A stretch of DNA of 64,000 nt from an uncultured Acidobacteriaceae bacterium (GCA_963764735.1 CAVXTS010000002.1:1663082-1727081), one strand, 5' to 3'. Counted from the stretch's first letter, positions 45,903-57,204 are shown. Notes: generated by a model from the letters alone, not told the origin. Numbers and translations are program-made.

Positions 45903-47876
45903 TCAAGCTAGAAGGGGGAATACGGTGAGCCTTATCCGAGTGGAGCCGTAGGGAACCAGCGTGACCGTCTCTATCTCGCCTGAGCCTTCGGGTTTCGGCG
46001 GGAGAGAGGGATTTGTCTTTTCCGGAAGAGTCCAGGAGGGGATGAGTTGCGCTGGCGCCTGCAACTCGATTGGTGAATTGCCGGGATCCCACGGAAAGCC
46101 TGTGATACTCCGTTCAATCACTTTCACCTGCGAACCAATGTCGAACTCCTTCGCCTTGAAACCGTAGTTCCATGGCGACGCCGGCAGGATGTCCCATGCA
46201 GGGAACTCGGGCGTGGTCTTTTCGCCGGACACCGGCGTCGCGGCCTCGTCGATCTTCAGTGAAAACACAAGCGGCCCGCGCTCCACGCTGACTGCTTCAG
46301 GCCCCCAGAAGCGAAGCCGCAGCGGCATTGGAAACCGCGCCCGTACGGTGTCGCCATTGGAGAAGGTGCGCTGAATTGTTGCAAACGACTCAGGCTGGCA
46401 AAGTCCGGGCCATGGTTTGTCATTGACCGAGATCTCCGCCCCCGCCGTCCATCCCGGGATACGCACATACAATGGAAATGAAACCGGACGCGCACACTTC
46501 ACCATCAGCAGCACGGTCTCGTCGAAGGGATAATTTGTCCGTTGCTCGATCGTTACCGGAATGCCCTTCACGGTCGTTCGGTAAACGCTCGCGCCGTACA
46601 ACGCCGTCACCAAGCCGCCCTGCGGAGTGCGCATCCATTGCCGGAGTGCATAGTTGGGAAGAAAGCGATGAACGTTGCCGGAACAACATTCCGTCTTGTG
46701 TCCCGGTCGATACGCCACCCGGTTTACGTCGTTGTTCGTTATCAGGCCGTGTCGCGCAACCACCTGATTCGGCGATGAGTAATACTGGTGGGCTTTGAAG
46801 TCCTTCGTAATGGATCCCAACCCGGCATTGAAGGTGGCTTTTTCGATGTGGTCGGCCCACGTTGCATCCCCGGTCGCCATCAGCAGATAGCCCAGGCTCC
46901 ACGCATAGTCGGAGACATTGCAGGTCTCGTGATAAAGCCCCGGATCGTTGCCGCGCAGGCTTTCTTCCGCGGAATGCAGTCCGCTGGCGAGCATGTGGTC
47001 GCGATCGATCTTGCGGTAGGCGTTCACGCTTGCATCCAGCATGGCCCGTTCGCCCGTCGCCAGGTACAGCACCGCGGGCAGCTTCGCCATCTCATTGAAC
47101 GTCACGCCATGCTCCGCGATCGGCGCGTCATCGCATAGATGGGCCAGCCCGGTCTTCGGATTGGTGTCGTCGAAGTTGGCATAAGTTCCTCGCGCCATCG
47201 CCAGCAGCGCATCATCTCCAGTCGCCTCATAAAGACGAACGATCTCCTCGACGTTCGCGCTGTCGCGATATCCGCGCCCAAAACTTTCCGGCCGGGCTTG
47301 GTAATGCCGGACCAAGGCGACCGCAATCGCCGATTGCCCGGTGGCATCGTATTCGGCCAGCAGAGATCGAAAGTAAACCGCATGAGGCCAGTTCGTGTTT
47401 CCAATGTGGGAGGGTCCCAACGATCCATCTGCCGCCGGATGGTCGAGCACGAAGCGAAGATTGGACCGAGGCTCCTCGAGAATCGAGTCGTCGTCCATAA
47501 CCAGGCCCAGCCGTTCCAGACCATCCAGCAGATACCCGGTCTGCTCGTATGGCCACCACGGCGCGCCATGGGTAGGCTGGGCAATCCGTCCTGCCCAAAG
47601 ACAGGTGTCATAGGGATAACCGCTGGCGGCGTGGTGTTTTGCGAGGCCGTCGATCTGGCGCGTCAGCATCTCTCGCATCCAGCCACGTGGTGCAGCGGAC
47701 TTTGGCGCGGTCTCGCGAAAAACTCCAAAGTACTTTGTTGGGGCGACCTTACCCAGGCCGGCCCCTTGTTGGCGACCGGCGAGAACCGCAGCGCCGCCCC
47801 AGCGCGAAATCGACGGTATGACCAGAGCGCTTGCAGCGGATTTGATGAAGCTTCTTCGTTCCATGGCATACCTCAA
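45903..47876 (-). CDS. GH127-family beta-L-arabinofuranosidase-like glycoside hydrolase (DUF1680), Tat-secreted
   Basis: 657 aa with Tat motif ERRSFIKSAA. The Cys/Glu metal-site signatures I associate with GH127 are present: YHETCNVSDYAW and HKTECCSGNVHRFLPNY. Confidence 0.85.
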   Translation of the reverse strand: MRYAMERRSFIKSAASALVIPSISRWGGAAVLAGRQQGAGLGKVAPTKYFGVFRETAPKSAAPRGWMREMLTRQIDGLAKHHAASGYPYDTCLWAGRIAQPTHGAPWWPYEQTGYLLDGLERLGLVMDDDSILEEPRSNLRFVLDHPAADGSLGPSHIGNTNWPHAVYFRSLLAEYDATGQSAIAVALVRHYQARPESFGRGYRDSANVEEIVRLYEATGDDALLAMARGTYANFDDTNPKTGLAHLCDDAPIAEHGVTFNEMAKLPAVLYLATGERAMLDASVNAYRKIDRDHMLASGLHSAEESLRGNDPGLYHETCNVSDYAWSLGYLLMATGDATWADHIEKATFNAGLGSITKDFKAHQYYSSPNQVVARHGLITNNDVNRVAYRPGHKTECCSGNVHRFLPNYALRQWMRTPQGGLVTALYGASVYRTTVKGIPVTIEQRTNYPFDETVLLMVKCARPVSFPLYVRIPGWTAGAEISVNDKPWPGLCQPESFATIQRTFSNGDTVRARFPMPLRLRFWGPEAVSVERGPLVFSLKIDEAATPVSGEKTTPEFPAWDILPASPWNYGFKAKEFDIGSQVKVIERSITGFPWDPGNSPIELQAPAQLIPSWTLPEKTNPSLPPKPEGSGEIETVTLVPYGSTRIRLTVFPLLA

Positions 47877-47881
47877 TGCAG

Positions 47882-49555
47882 CTATCTTTCCAACTGGACG
47901 ACGGCTTTCCTGGTTGCACCGTTGGCGTAGTCAACCTCATGGTCAAACGTGCCCGGACGATTCGAGCCGAGAACAATTCCGCTGGAAGTTGCGCCTTCGA
48001 GACGCACAAGAGCGGCGGCCTTTGGCGACGCATCCACTCCCGAGAGTTGCATGCCGGTGCAGTTCACCGCAGTGACTACAGCAGCCGTCGGCGGATCGCA
48101 CGCGGCTTTGAATCCGGAGATAAGAGTGTCCGTCGAGTCGGAACAGAAGATTGCAGATCGCTGGTCTGGAGCGGCCAACTGAAAGGTGACATTCCTGAGC
48201 GTCAGGCCGTTTAGATGGCGGGTGTACAGTCCGTATGCAGGAGGAACTCCCCAGGTCGTTTTGTGATCTGTCCAGTAGCCATCCTTGCGGTAGTCGATCT
48301 GATCCATATCGACGATGTCTCTGCGATTCGCCTGCTCCACCGTGCCGCCGCCGGAGAATGTCACGTTGATGTCCTGGAGCAGAATATTTTCGATTGCGCT
48401 CTGCGGGTGCCCCTGGAAGAACATCGTGCTGTCGTCGTCGGGATGGGCGTTGGGCGGTCCGGGCCGCGTGACGGCGCGGATGCCGCGGAATTGCAGGTCG
48501 TGGATCTTGCCGGGCGGCATCATGGGAGGATGAGGGTCGGTAGACCCGATACTGGGCCAGGTTGCGATGAAGATAGAGAGTGGAGCGCTGACCTGGTCCA
48601 TGACGAGATTGTCGAAGACACAGTTGCGGATGGTGGCGCCTTCGAAGACTCCGAGCTTGATGCCGCCCAGGTTGCAATCGTAAAAGATGCAGTTCGAGAC
48701 CGAGATATCCTCGAAATCGCCCTTCGACAGGGGGCCGAAACGGATGCCCGCGCAGCGCGATTTCAGCAGGCAATTGGTAATGGTGATATTCCTGGCCGGA
48801 CTGTCCTTAAGGCTTGTAATAATGGCGATGGCGTCGTCGCCGCACTCCAGATGGCAGCCTGAGATCGAGACATTCTGACAACTGTCGATGTCGAAGCCGT
48901 CCTGCTTCTCGTTTTGGATATGAACATTTGTGAGAAAGATCTCGCGACTGTTCTTCAGATGCATGCACCACGCGCCACACCGGTAGAGCGACACATCGCT
49001 GACGGAGATCTGGCTACAGGTGTCAAAGCGAATGAGCATTGGCCGCTCCTTCGTTGCCCTGCCTACCGCACCCGGCGCAGGCGTGAACGTGTCCTTGGTG
49101 TGCCCTACAATCTTCCCTTCGCCTCGAATACCAATATCGGTGACGTTCTTCGCGTAAATCAGGCACGGATCGATGGTTTCGGGGTAATACGGGTTCAGCC
49201 CCACATCATTGCCATAGTCCGCGAGGCTATCACTGCCCAGGATGGTGGAGTCGGGCTCGAGCTGCAGGAACACGTGGTCCTTGAGATAGATCGTTCCTGT
49301 CAGAAAGGTGAGCCCAGGCTGGAACAGTACCGCTCCACCACCGGCGTCGTGGCAATGATCGATCGCCGCCTGAAGCGCAGCGGTGTCGAGGGTCTGTCCA
49401 TCTCCTCTTGCTCCAAAACGTCGAACGTCCCATCGCTGCAAATCCGCAAGAGGCGTATTGGATGCCTTATCGGACTGAGCAGATCCTGTCCGGGCTAGCC
49501 ACGTCGCTCCTGCGACAGCGACCGCACCTTCGATAAGCTTCCTTCTTGTAATCAC
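47882..49555 (-). CDS. GH28-family pectinase (polygalacturonase/rhamnogalacturonase-like), Tat-secreted
   Basis: 557 aa with Tat motif ITRRKLIEGAVAV. The pectate-lyase-fold N-terminus is VRRFGARGDGQTLDTAALQAAIDHCHDAGGGAVLFQPGLTFLTGTIYL, and the catalytic-type region is QDGFDIDSCQNVSISGCHLECGDDAIAI. The stop is 5 nt before the GH127 start, so the two form an operon. Confidence 0.88.
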   Translation of the reverse strand: MITRRKLIEGAVAVAGATWLARTGSAQSDKASNTPLADLQRWDVRRFGARGDGQTLDTAALQAAIDHCHDAGGGAVLFQPGLTFLTGTIYLKDHVFLQLEPDSTILGSDSLADYGNDVGLNPYYPETIDPCLIYAKNVTDIGIRGEGKIVGHTKDTFTPAPGAVGRATKERPMLIRFDTCSQISVSDVSLYRCGAWCMHLKNSREIFLTNVHIQNEKQDGFDIDSCQNVSISGCHLECGDDAIAIITSLKDSPARNITITNCLLKSRCAGIRFGPLSKGDFEDISVSNCIFYDCNLGGIKLGVFEGATIRNCVFDNLVMDQVSAPLSIFIATWPSIGSTDPHPPMMPPGKIHDLQFRGIRAVTRPGPPNAHPDDDSTMFFQGHPQSAIENILLQDINVTFSGGGTVEQANRRDIVDMDQIDYRKDGYWTDHKTTWGVPPAYGLYTRHLNGLTLRNVTFQLAAPDQRSAIFCSDSTDTLISGFKAACDPPTAAVVTAVNCTGMQLSGVDASPKAAALVRLEGATSSGIVLGSNRPGTFDHEVDYANGATRKAVVQLER

Positions 49556-49781
49556 AAGCTTCTCCAGAGAACTATCTGATGGTATAAATGGCGGCCGTAT
49601 CTGAGCCGCCGCTAGTAACGGACGAGATCTAGATCGAGGAACAAGTTAACCCACAATCTCGGCAATAGTGCAGGTTTGACTTAATAGTGCGTCGGGCACA
49701 GTCAAAACGAATTGCTCCACGGTACGCAACTTTTTACAGACGGTCTCACTCCCGAACAAGCTCCGCCTGATGTCCGCCTTC

Positions 49782-49811
49782 TTGACTTCTACGATAGCGC
49801 TAAAGTATAAA
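49782..49811 (+). promoter_or_regulatory. promoter with embedded LacI-type operator (copy 1) upstream of the CE15 gene
   Basis: The sequence is TTGACT-tctac-GATAGCGCTAAAG-TATAAA. The -35 and -10 hexamers are 18 nt apart and the palindromic core TAGCGCTA fills the spacer. It matches copy 3 at 26 of 30 positions. Confidence 0.6.
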
Positions 49812-49986
49812 GTCTCCAACCTATGGGTCGTCAATGGCACCCGGAATCTGCTTTAGAATCTCGGTCACATAGATTTCGGTGGCGCATCCATAACATTCGG
49901 AACGAACGCCTTCGGCGTTGTCAGCAGTCAGGCGAATTTTCGCTGCCGTTTCCTCTCCCGCTTCTGCTATGGTGGTTTCGATTTCT

Positions 49987-51444
49987 ATGCGCTTCTCTAT
50001 CCTTGTCCTCGCCCTCCTTCTACCGTCCGGGCTTGCCCAAGTCCCTGGACCGCCAACGAACTGGCCCGCCGCGGATTCCGTCCCCGTCCAACTCACGGCT
50101 GCCGAAGACCATCGGCGCATGCTCGATCTGCTCCACATCACCGCGCTGCGTCCCGGCGTCTCCCAGAACGGTCAGGGTCCCAACCCCGTCAACTGGGATG
50201 AATCCAAAGCTAACCCCTGGCCCAATTTGCCCGATCCGCTCGTCCTGAACAACGGGAAGCCCGTCAAGACCGCCAAGGTCTGGTGGACGGAGCGCCGTCC
50301 GCAGCTCGTCGAGCTATTTGACCGCGACATCCTGGGCCGCGTCCCTGCCAACGTTCCCGCCGTTCACTGGGAGGTGGCTTCCACCACTGCTGGAACCTAC
50401 AATGGCATCCCGACGGTCACCAAACATCTGGTCGGCCACGTCGACAACTCCGCCTATCCTGCCATCACCGTCAACATCGAAGCCGACCTCATCCTCCCCG
50501 CCGCCGCGCGCGGTCCTGTTCCCGTCGTCGTGGAACTCAGTGGAGCATATCCGCCCGCACCCCCTCGTCCGCCTCGCCCAGCCACTCCCGCGCCCGTCAC
50601 CCCGCCGAAACCTCCCGCCGCTGAAGTCGGCCCTCCGATCAAGCAGCAGGTCCTCGCCAAAGGCTGGGGCTACGCGCTGCTCTACCACAACACCTATCAG
50701 GCCGATAACGGCGCTGGCCTCACCCAGGGCATCATTGGCCTCTGCAATCACGGCCAGCCGCGCAAGCTGGACGACTGGGGCGTTCTGCGCGCCTGGGCCT
50801 GGGGCGCATCACGCCTGATGGACTACCTCGAGACCGATCCCGCCGTTGACGCCCACCACGTCGCCATCGAGGGCCACTCGCGCCGCGGCAAGGCCGCTCT
50901 GGTCGCCATGGCCTACGAACCCCGCTTTGTCGTTGCCTATATCAGTTCCTCCGGTGCTGGTGGTGCGGACCTTGCCCGCCGTCGCTTCGGTGAGCAGCTT
51001 GAGAACATTGCTGCAACAGGCGAGTATCACTGGATGGACGGCAATTATCTCAAGTACGCCGAGCTCTCGCCCAAAGAAATCACCCCCGCCGAGATGCCCG
51101 TCGACATGCACGAACTCATCGCCCTCTGCGCTCCGCGCCCAGTCCTCATCGACGGTGGCACCTTGGAGGGAGGAGACGGCTGGGCCGACACTCGCGGCAC
51201 TTTCATCGCCGAGGTCGCCGCCGGTCCCGTCTACAGGCTGCTCGGCAAGAAGTCCCTCAGCAACGACTCAGGACCAACCGACATCCTGCCCCCAGTCGGA
51301 ACCCCGCTGCTCGCCGGTGACCTCGCCTTCGTCCAGCATCCCGGCGGCCACAATCCACAACCAAGCTTCGCAACCTTCGTCGAATTCGCCAGCCGCTACA
51401 TGACGCCGCCTGCATCCGCAAGAACCGCAGCAGGGGGCTATTGA
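49987..51444 (+). CDS. CE15-like glucuronoyl esterase (alpha/beta hydrolase), secreted
   Basis: ORF 49918..51444 trimmed to ATG 49987 (signal peptide MRFSILVLALLLPSGLAQ). The region LPDPLVLNNGKPVKTAKVWWTERRPQLVELFDRDILGRVP and the nucleophile motif IEGHSRRGKAAL (G-x-S-R-x-GK) match my recollection of CE15 esterases. Confidence 0.75.
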   Translation: MRFSILVLALLLPSGLAQVPGPPTNWPAADSVPVQLTAAEDHRRMLDLLHITALRPGVSQNGQGPNPVNWDESKANPWPNLPDPLVLNNGKPVKTAKVWWTERRPQLVELFDRDILGRVPANVPAVHWEVASTTAGTYNGIPTVTKHLVGHVDNSAYPAITVNIEADLILPAAARGPVPVVVELSGAYPPAPPRPPRPATPAPVTPPKPPAAEVGPPIKQQVLAKGWGYALLYHNTYQADNGAGLTQGIIGLCNHGQPRKLDDWGVLRAWAWGASRLMDYLETDPAVDAHHVAIEGHSRRGKAALVAMAYEPRFVVAYISSSGAGGADLARRRFGEQLENIAATGEYHWMDGNYLKYAELSPKEITPAEMPVDMHELIALCAPRPVLIDGGTLEGGDGWADTRGTFIAEVAAGPVYRLLGKKSLSNDSGPTDILPPVGTPLLAGDLAFVQHPGGHNPQPSFATFVEFASRYMTPPASARTAAGGY

Positions 51445-51694
51445 AACCACATTCCAAGTTGTGCCTCGACAAGACTCCATCCAAGAAATGGCAAGTCTTG
51501 ACGGTTAGGAATCAACAGATCGCCTTGACTCATGCGACCATGCAAAGGCTATGCAACTAAAGGCTGATGGTAGTGTGGCGAGGCACACCCCAATTTCTGG
51601 AATCTGACACCACATCGATCGTGCTTCGTTGCAATCGTCGTTCTGCCTCTTAGATTGAGAGCTTTCCGCGGCTTCTCCACCGGCACCCTTACCC

Positions 51695-54022
51695 TCAGTC
51701 TGCTCTGCGCAGCACAAGACGAATTCTTGGATCCTTTGCCGGATTCACTGGCTTCCCCTCGATCTGGACGCTCGGGATCGTTCCGGTGAATGAGCGAATC
51801 GTGGCACTTGTCACCGCGTGGTTCTCCCAATCAATATCCACCTCATATCCTCCGCGCGCTCGCAAGCCCCGCACCTCTCCGCTCGGCCACGTGATGGGCA
51901 GAGCCGGCAGCAAATTGATCGCCCCGCTCTGGCTCTGTAGCAGCATTTCGCCAAACCCCGCCTGAGGCGAGTCGTACATCGCCGGGAATCTCGTGCCCAA
52001 CGCCGCCAGCGCCTTGTCCCCCTCACCCAGCCGCCCCCATGCGGCGGCCTTGTCCGGGTGGTAACCGCCTGTCTTGCGCAGTTCGAGCGAGACCTTGGCC
52101 GCCGCAAACAGGTCCGGCTGGGCGGCCGTGATCTGGTTCAGCTCCGACACCGCCACCAGGTGCGATGCGTGCCGGTGGGTCGGCTCCCACTCCTTGAAGT
52201 CCTCCGCCCACTCCTGCAGTTGTCCCTGCGACCCAATCTGAAACGGCAGCAGCTTGGGCATGGTCTCCGCCAGCCGCGCGCGAAGCTCCGCGTCCACGCC
52301 AAGCACCTTCTCCGCTGCCATGGTGTTCTCAAACAACTGCCGCACCAGAGCCATATCCATCGTCGAGCCGCGGCCAACGGCTACGCGTTGGCCGGTTGCC
52401 GGGTCATCGAAATGGTTCTCCGGCGAGGTCGATGGCGAGGTTACCAGATATCCCTTGCCGTCCGGCACCAGCAAGTCCAGCGCAAACTCCGAGGCGCCTT
52501 TCAGGACGGGATATATCTTCGCGCGCAGTTCCTGCTTGTCCAGCCCGAACGCATAGCGGTCCCACACCATCTGTGAGAGCCAGAAGCCGCCGACTGGCCA
52601 GTCCGCCCAGCACGGATCGCCTTGCACCATCGTCGTCATCGCCCAGATGTCCGAGTTGTGATGCACGGTCCATCCGTGGAAGCCGTAGTCCGTTTTTGCC
52701 GTGATCGCACCGTTCTTCGCCAAGTCACCCACAAATTCGATGAGCGGTTCAACCGCCTCCCCGAGATTGGCCGGCTCGACTAAAGCATAGTACTTCTCGG
52801 GGTTCTCATTCAGGGTAAAGTTCGACGAGTAATGTGGCGCGAGATCATGATTCCATATACCCTGCTCGTTGCGCATTGCGCCGCTGCCCGGTCTCGACGC
52901 GGCAGTCAACAGATAACGCGCGTACTGGTACGCCATCGCATTCTTGTTCGGCGCGCCTGGCGTGTCGCCGGTGGCATGGATAGAGACCCACAGCCGGCGG
53001 AACAATCCACGATAGTCCTGCAGGTGCTCCTTCAGAAGCGACTGGTAAGGACGGGCGACCGCCTTGGCGAGAAAGCCACGTGCGATCGCATCGGGATCCC
53101 TGCCTTGGGTTGCCGGATCGTGGTCGAACCCGTTGAAGCTGGTCGCCGCGGAGATAACTAACATCGCCGAGTCCGCGTGCACAACCGAAAGCGTGTCATT
53201 CTCGCCTGTAGCAACCTCTCCGCCCTTTGCGCTCACGTGGAGGATCGCCTCGAGTGCGGTTCCTTCATGCTCGTCCCACTGGATATCCGCATTCGCGCCC
53301 GGCGCCGAGACATGCACCGGTGCGCGTCCGGTGACAACGATTTCGTCCGCCGTCACCGTCGTCTTGCCGTAATGCTGCTGCGTCGTCAGTCCCGCTGTGA
53401 AACTCAATGCCCCGGGTTGGCTTGCAGTCAATCGAAGTACGATCACCTGCGCCGGATAGCTGGCAAACATCTCCCGGGTGAAGGTCACGCCTGCTACCGT
53501 GTAGCGCGTGGTCACCAGCGCGCGGTCCAGATCTAGTGTGTTGCTGTAGTTGGTAAAGGTTTCATGACCTGGGAAGTTCAAGTGCAAATCGGCCAGCGGC
53601 TCGTAGAACTGAGTGTTCGGCCCCTCCATTCCCCGGACGAACCGATCTGCCTTGACGTAGTCGCCCGCCCCCAGCGCGGAGCGCGTCGCCAGCAAGGCCT
53701 CACGATGCGCCGGCGACTCAAAGTGTTCTGGCCCGGGTCCCGACCACAGGGTCGTATCGTTCAATGGGATCGTTTCGGCGGCCGTCGCGCCGAACACCTT
53801 CGCCCCGAGCCGCCCGTTTCCGATCGGCAGAGCGGCCCCGAAGTCTCTGGCATCATTCGGCGTAGGCTCGGAATTCACCAGCTTTAGTGTTTCCCAGGCC
53901 CCAGGTTTCTGCCGAATTCTAGAGTCGATGCCGCGGGATGCTACCGTCTGCGACGCGATCGGAAAGGCGCAGACAAATAACACGACGGAAGCTAAAACTG
54001 CGGGAATATTCAAAAATCTCAT
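51695..54022 (-). CDS. GH95-family alpha-L-fucosidase/galactosidase, secreted
   Basis: ORF 51695..54286 trimmed to ATG 54022 (signal peptide [24 protein letters not shown]). The longer version would overlap the upstream GH29 gene. The N-terminal GH95 signature is [32 protein letters not shown]. Confidence 0.9.
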   Translation of the reverse strand: MRFLNIPAVLASVVLFVCAFPIASQTVASRGIDSRIRQKPGAWETLKLVNSEPTPNDARDFGAALPIGNGRLGAKVFGATAAETIPLNDTTLWSGPGPEHFESPAHREALLATRSALGAGDYVKADRFVRGMEGPNTQFYEPLADLHLNFPGHETFTNYSNTLDLDRALVTTRYTVAGVTFTREMFASYPAQVIVLRLTASQPGALSFTAGLTTQQHYGKTTVTADEIVVTGRAPVHVSAPGANADIQWDEHEGTALEAILHVSAKGGEVATGENDTLSVVHADSAMLVISAATSFNGFDHDPATQGRDPDAIARGFLAKAVARPYQSLLKEHLQDYRGLFRRLWVSIHATGDTPGAPNKNAMAYQYARYLLTAASRPGSGAMRNEQGIWNHDLAPHYSSNFTLNENPEKYYALVEPANLGEAVEPLIEFVGDLAKNGAITAKTDYGFHGWTVHHNSDIWAMTTMVQGDPCWADWPVGGFWLSQMVWDRYAFGLDKQELRAKIYPVLKGASEFALDLLVPDGKGYLVTSPSTSPENHFDDPATGQRVAVGRGSTMDMALVRQLFENTMAAEKVLGVDAELRARLAETMPKLLPFQIGSQGQLQEWAEDFKEWEPTHRHASHLVAVSELNQITAAQPDLFAAAKVSLELRKTGGYHPDKAAAWGRLGEGDKALAALGTRFPAMYDSPQAGFGEMLLQSQSGAINLLPALPITWPSGEVRGLRARGGYEVDIDWENHAVTSATIRSFTGTIPSVQIEGKPVNPAKDPRIRLVLRRAD

Positions 54023-54063
54023 AGAGATCCTGGAGTCTCTAGTAATCGACAACCCTTCCGGCT

Positions 54064-55800
54064 TCAACCTTGGTTCTCTAACTTCAACAAATTCAGCCCA
54101 GTGATCTTCAGTGCATACGCGAAATCGCATGGCTTTTCCGCGGGCAGCTTGATCCTGAGCCCGGTCGCGTCCTGGATAAACGTTAGGTTGCCGGGGTGCC
54201 CCAGCAACTCGACCTTCGCAATCCTTCCCGGTGGCGCGGTTCCCACGGCCAGCGACGCGACCACGACTTCCCCGGCATCGGGCCACTTCATCACGACCGC
54301 GTACAGCGTGTCGCCGTTCCGAGTAAAACGGATGTCCTCAGGCGCATAGCCGTGCCGCGGAAGTCCGCCGCCGGAAACGTTCGCATCGCCCATGTTCTGC
54401 CCGTTCAACCGCCCGGCGAAGGTCCCGCTCGCCTTCACCTTGGCCATCAGCGCCGCCGCTGCCTCGGCCGCAGGTCCCTCGCCGTACTTGGTCCAAGGCC
54501 GCGTCTTGTAGATCGCCTCGCCGTTTACATCCAGCCACCTGCCAATGCCGAGCAGTGTGTCCTGCTGCTCCTGCGGGATGGTCCCGTCGGCTTTGGGAGA
54601 GATATTCAGCAGCAAGTTGCCATTCTTGCTGGTGTTTTCCACGATCTTCCAGACGAACTGTTCTGGCCCGAATACCTTCTGTCCCTCGACGTATCCGAAC
54701 TTGTCTGTGATTGGGTCATCCGGCTGCCAAACCCAGTCCACCAACTCCATCGGTGAGCGCCCCTCGCGCTCGTAGTCCATAATCTGGCCCGAGACCCACG
54801 CAGCCCCCTTTGCGCTGATGCACACCGGCTTACCCCACTCGACTGCGCGGTTGTAGTAGTAGGCCGCCACATAGGTCTTCAGCGGGTCCCAGCTATGGTC
54901 CGTGCTCATGTCGAACCACAGCATGTCTGGCCGGTACTTATCGATCGTCTCAATCCTCTTTGCAACCCAGTCGTGCAGGAACTTCGTCCGGGCCGCCACA
55001 CTTTTGTCTGCAACGTTATAGAAGTTGGCCCACTTCGGGTCATACTCATCGCTGCCCGGCAGCGGCGGAATAAAATTGAAGTGATAAGCCGAGTGGTCCG
55101 AAATCCCCGTCTTTAGCCCAACCTTCCGCAGCGCCTCGATCAGGTCGCCGTCAATATCCCGGTGTGGCCCATAGTTCACCGAGTTGTACGGGTTGGTTGC
55201 GCTGTTCCAGTTGGAGAACCCATCGTGGTGCTCTCCCGGGGCCAGCACATACTTCGCCCCCGCCTTCTTGAACAGCGCCGCCCACCCGTCCGGGTCCCAC
55301 TTGGCCATTGTGTACATGGGCAGAAAATCCTTGTACCCGAACTTCGTCGGCGGCCCATAATGCTCCGTATGCCACTGCATCACGTCCTTGTTGCCGCCGT
55401 ACATGTAGCGGACATACCACTCGCTGGCATGCGCGGGGACGGAAAATATTCCCAGGTGCATGTAGATGCCGAACTTCGCATCGCGAAACCACTGCGGGTC
55501 CTTGTAGTTTTTAGCGATCGACTCCCACGTCGGCTGGTAGGGCCCTGCCGGAATCGGCGGCAGTCCAAGCAGCGCCGCTGCCACTGACTCCGGAGTATCC
55601 CGAGTGTTCCATGGATCCGCCGTTGCGGCCGCGGCCAGAGCAATCGTTGGATCTTCATGCCCTATCGCCTGTGCTGGCACGGCTTGCGCCAACAGCGACG
55701 TGTCCACGGCCATGCACACTGCGCCGGCAGCCAGGAAGAGAATCGAGTCGCGACGCGTTGGCGGTGCCGACAGACTGATATCACACATTTTCTTCATCAT
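54064..55800 (-). CDS. GH29-family alpha-L-fucosidase (copy 1), secreted
   Basis: 578 aa. Signatures are [42 protein letters not shown] and [12 protein letters not shown], with a C-terminal beta-sandwich. It ends 41 nt before the GH95 start. Confidence 0.92.
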   Translation of the reverse strand: MMKKMCDISLSAPPTRRDSILFLAAGAVCMAVDTSLLAQAVPAQAIGHEDPTIALAAAATADPWNTRDTPESVAAALLGLPPIPAGPYQPTWESIAKNYKDPQWFRDAKFGIYMHLGIFSVPAHASEWYVRYMYGGNKDVMQWHTEHYGPPTKFGYKDFLPMYTMAKWDPDGWAALFKKAGAKYVLAPGEHHDGFSNWNSATNPYNSVNYGPHRDIDGDLIEALRKVGLKTGISDHSAYHFNFIPPLPGSDEYDPKWANFYNVADKSVAARTKFLHDWVAKRIETIDKYRPDMLWFDMSTDHSWDPLKTYVAAYYYNRAVEWGKPVCISAKGAAWVSGQIMDYEREGRSPMELVDWVWQPDDPITDKFGYVEGQKVFGPEQFVWKIVENTSKNGNLLLNISPKADGTIPQEQQDTLLGIGRWLDVNGEAIYKTRPWTKYGEGPAAEAAAALMAKVKASGTFAGRLNGQNMGDANVSGGGLPRHGYAPEDIRFTRNGDTLYAVVMKWPDAGEVVVASLAVGTAPPGRIAKVELLGHPGNLTFIQDATGLRIKLPAEKPCDFAYALKITGLNLLKLENQG

Positions 55801-55899
55801 CTTCCCGTCTCAGAACGATGTGGAGTGCTCCAACGCAAAACACCCGTAAGCGATGGCTCTTCGCAATTTGAATAGGGCGATGCCATTGCGCCGGCTCAG

Positions 55900-55928
55900 A
55901 TTTAGCTTTAGCGCTATCTTCGGGGCAA
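55900..55928 (-). promoter_or_regulatory. promoter with embedded LacI-type operator (copy 2) upstream of the GH29-GH95 operon
   Basis: The minus strand reads TTGCCC-cgaa-GATAGCGCTAAAG-CTAAAT. The operator (plus-strand coordinates 55906-55918) occupies the same position relative to the -10 hexamer as in copies 1 and 3. The site is about 100 nt upstream of ATG 55800. Confidence 0.5.
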
Positions 55929-55985
55929 AACAGTGATTCAATCTATCGCTTTTGGGGAGCATTTGACAAGCACAGTCCTCGATCG

Positions 55986-57011
55986 GTGGCATACTTGGAT
56001 ATGCCCGTCCGCATGAAAGACATTGCCGAGGATCTTGGCGTCTCCCTGATGACGGTCTCGAAAGGCTTGCGTAATGAGCCCGATATCGGAGAGGAAACCC
56101 GCAAGCGCATCTTGCGGCGGGCAAAGGAGTTGAACTATCTCCCGAACGGGAACGCGCGAAGTCTGGCGACAGGAAAGAGCAACCTGATTGGTCTGGTCGT
56201 CCCCGATCTGCTGCACCCATTTTTCGCCGACGTGGCCCATGGTCTAGCCATGACACTCCGCCAGGAAGGCTACTTTCTCATCGTTACTTCCTCGGAAGAA
56301 GACCCCGAGCTCGAAAAAAGAGAGATCGAGCAGCTGTTGACCCGAAAGCTGGACGCCTTGGTGATTGCTTCGGTTCGCTCGGACGCCAAGGTTTACCGGA
56401 ACATTGCGGCGCAGCACACCCCCTATATTCTGATCGACCGGAAGCCTTCCGGAAATTCAGGACACTTCGTCGGCTGTGACGACACGATGATTGGTTTTCT
56501 CGCGACTGAACACCTGATACGGGCCGGCTGTAAACGGATCGCCCACATCCGAGGGCCGAGAAACAGTACCGGCAACGGTCGCGTGAAGGGATATACGAAA
56601 GCTCTCTTGCAGCACGGCATGAAAGTGCCTGAAAAATACATTGTCGATGGAAGGATGGCGGATATTGACGGTCGGCACAGCGGAGCGGCGGCGACCCGAT
56701 ATCTACTCAATCTGAAGCGCATTCCGGATGGAATCTTCTGCTTCAACGATCCGCTGGCGGTCGGAGCATTGAAGATGCTCCAGGAGCGTAAAATTCGCGT
56801 TCCGCAACAGGTTGCGCTCGTTGGTTGTGGCAACATTCACTATGGCGATTCGTTGGGCGTGCCGCTTTCCAGCATCGACCAGCAAAGCCACAGCATCGGC
56901 GAGCGAGCCGCCCTTCTGGCTCTTGACCTGATCAAATCGGGGAAGCCGGAGCCAAGCCGCAAGATACTCCTTGAGTCGAGGCTCATCGTACGAACGTCGT
57001 CGCAGCGCTAA
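55986..57011 (+). CDS. LacI-family transcriptional regulator
   Basis: The HTH is MKDIAEDLGVSLMTVSKGLRNEPDIGEETRKRILRRAKELNYLPN, followed by a periplasmic-binding-protein-like effector domain. The true start is probably ATG 56001 or 56013; the ORF track starts at GTG 55986. Confidence 0.92.
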   Translation: MAYLDMPVRMKDIAEDLGVSLMTVSKGLRNEPDIGEETRKRILRRAKELNYLPNGNARSLATGKSNLIGLVVPDLLHPFFADVAHGLAMTLRQEGYFLIVTSSEEDPELEKREIEQLLTRKLDALVIASVRSDAKVYRNIAAQHTPYILIDRKPSGNSGHFVGCDDTMIGFLATEHLIRAGCKRIAHIRGPRNSTGNGRVKGYTKALLQHGMKVPEKYIVDGRMADIDGRHSGAAATRYLLNLKRIPDGIFCFNDPLAVGALKMLQERKIRVPQQVALVGCGNIHYGDSLGVPLSSIDQQSHSIGERAALLALDLIKSGKPEPSRKILLESRLIVRTSSQR

Positions 57012-57061
57012 TGGTTGGCGGAAGACCGGGTATAAGCGCCGCCGCCGGCATTTCTCATTTT

Positions 57062-57091
57062 TTGACTCTAGCGATAGCGCTAAAGTATAAA
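57062..57091 (+). promoter_or_regulatory. promoter with embedded LacI-type operator (copy 3) upstream of the GH43-GH29 genes
   Basis: The sequence is TTGACT-ctagc-GATAGCGCTAAAG-TATAAA, 114 nt upstream of start 57205. Confidence 0.6.
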
Positions 57092-57204
57092 CTCTTCACG
57101 CGCGTGCTTAGCGATCGAGCTTTTGCGGCGCTACTCTGTTGGAATCGAACTGGGCGGGGTAGTGTCACTCGAATCCGGCAGTCGGCAGGGAAAGCAACTC
57201 GGGA

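Noticed and set aside
54023-54286. 88-codon N-terminal extension of the GH95 ORF overlapping the GH29 C-terminus
   Set aside because: The extension is Arg/Gly-rich and overlaps a conserved coding region. ATG 54022 yields a canonical signal peptide and leaves a 41-nt intergenic gap.
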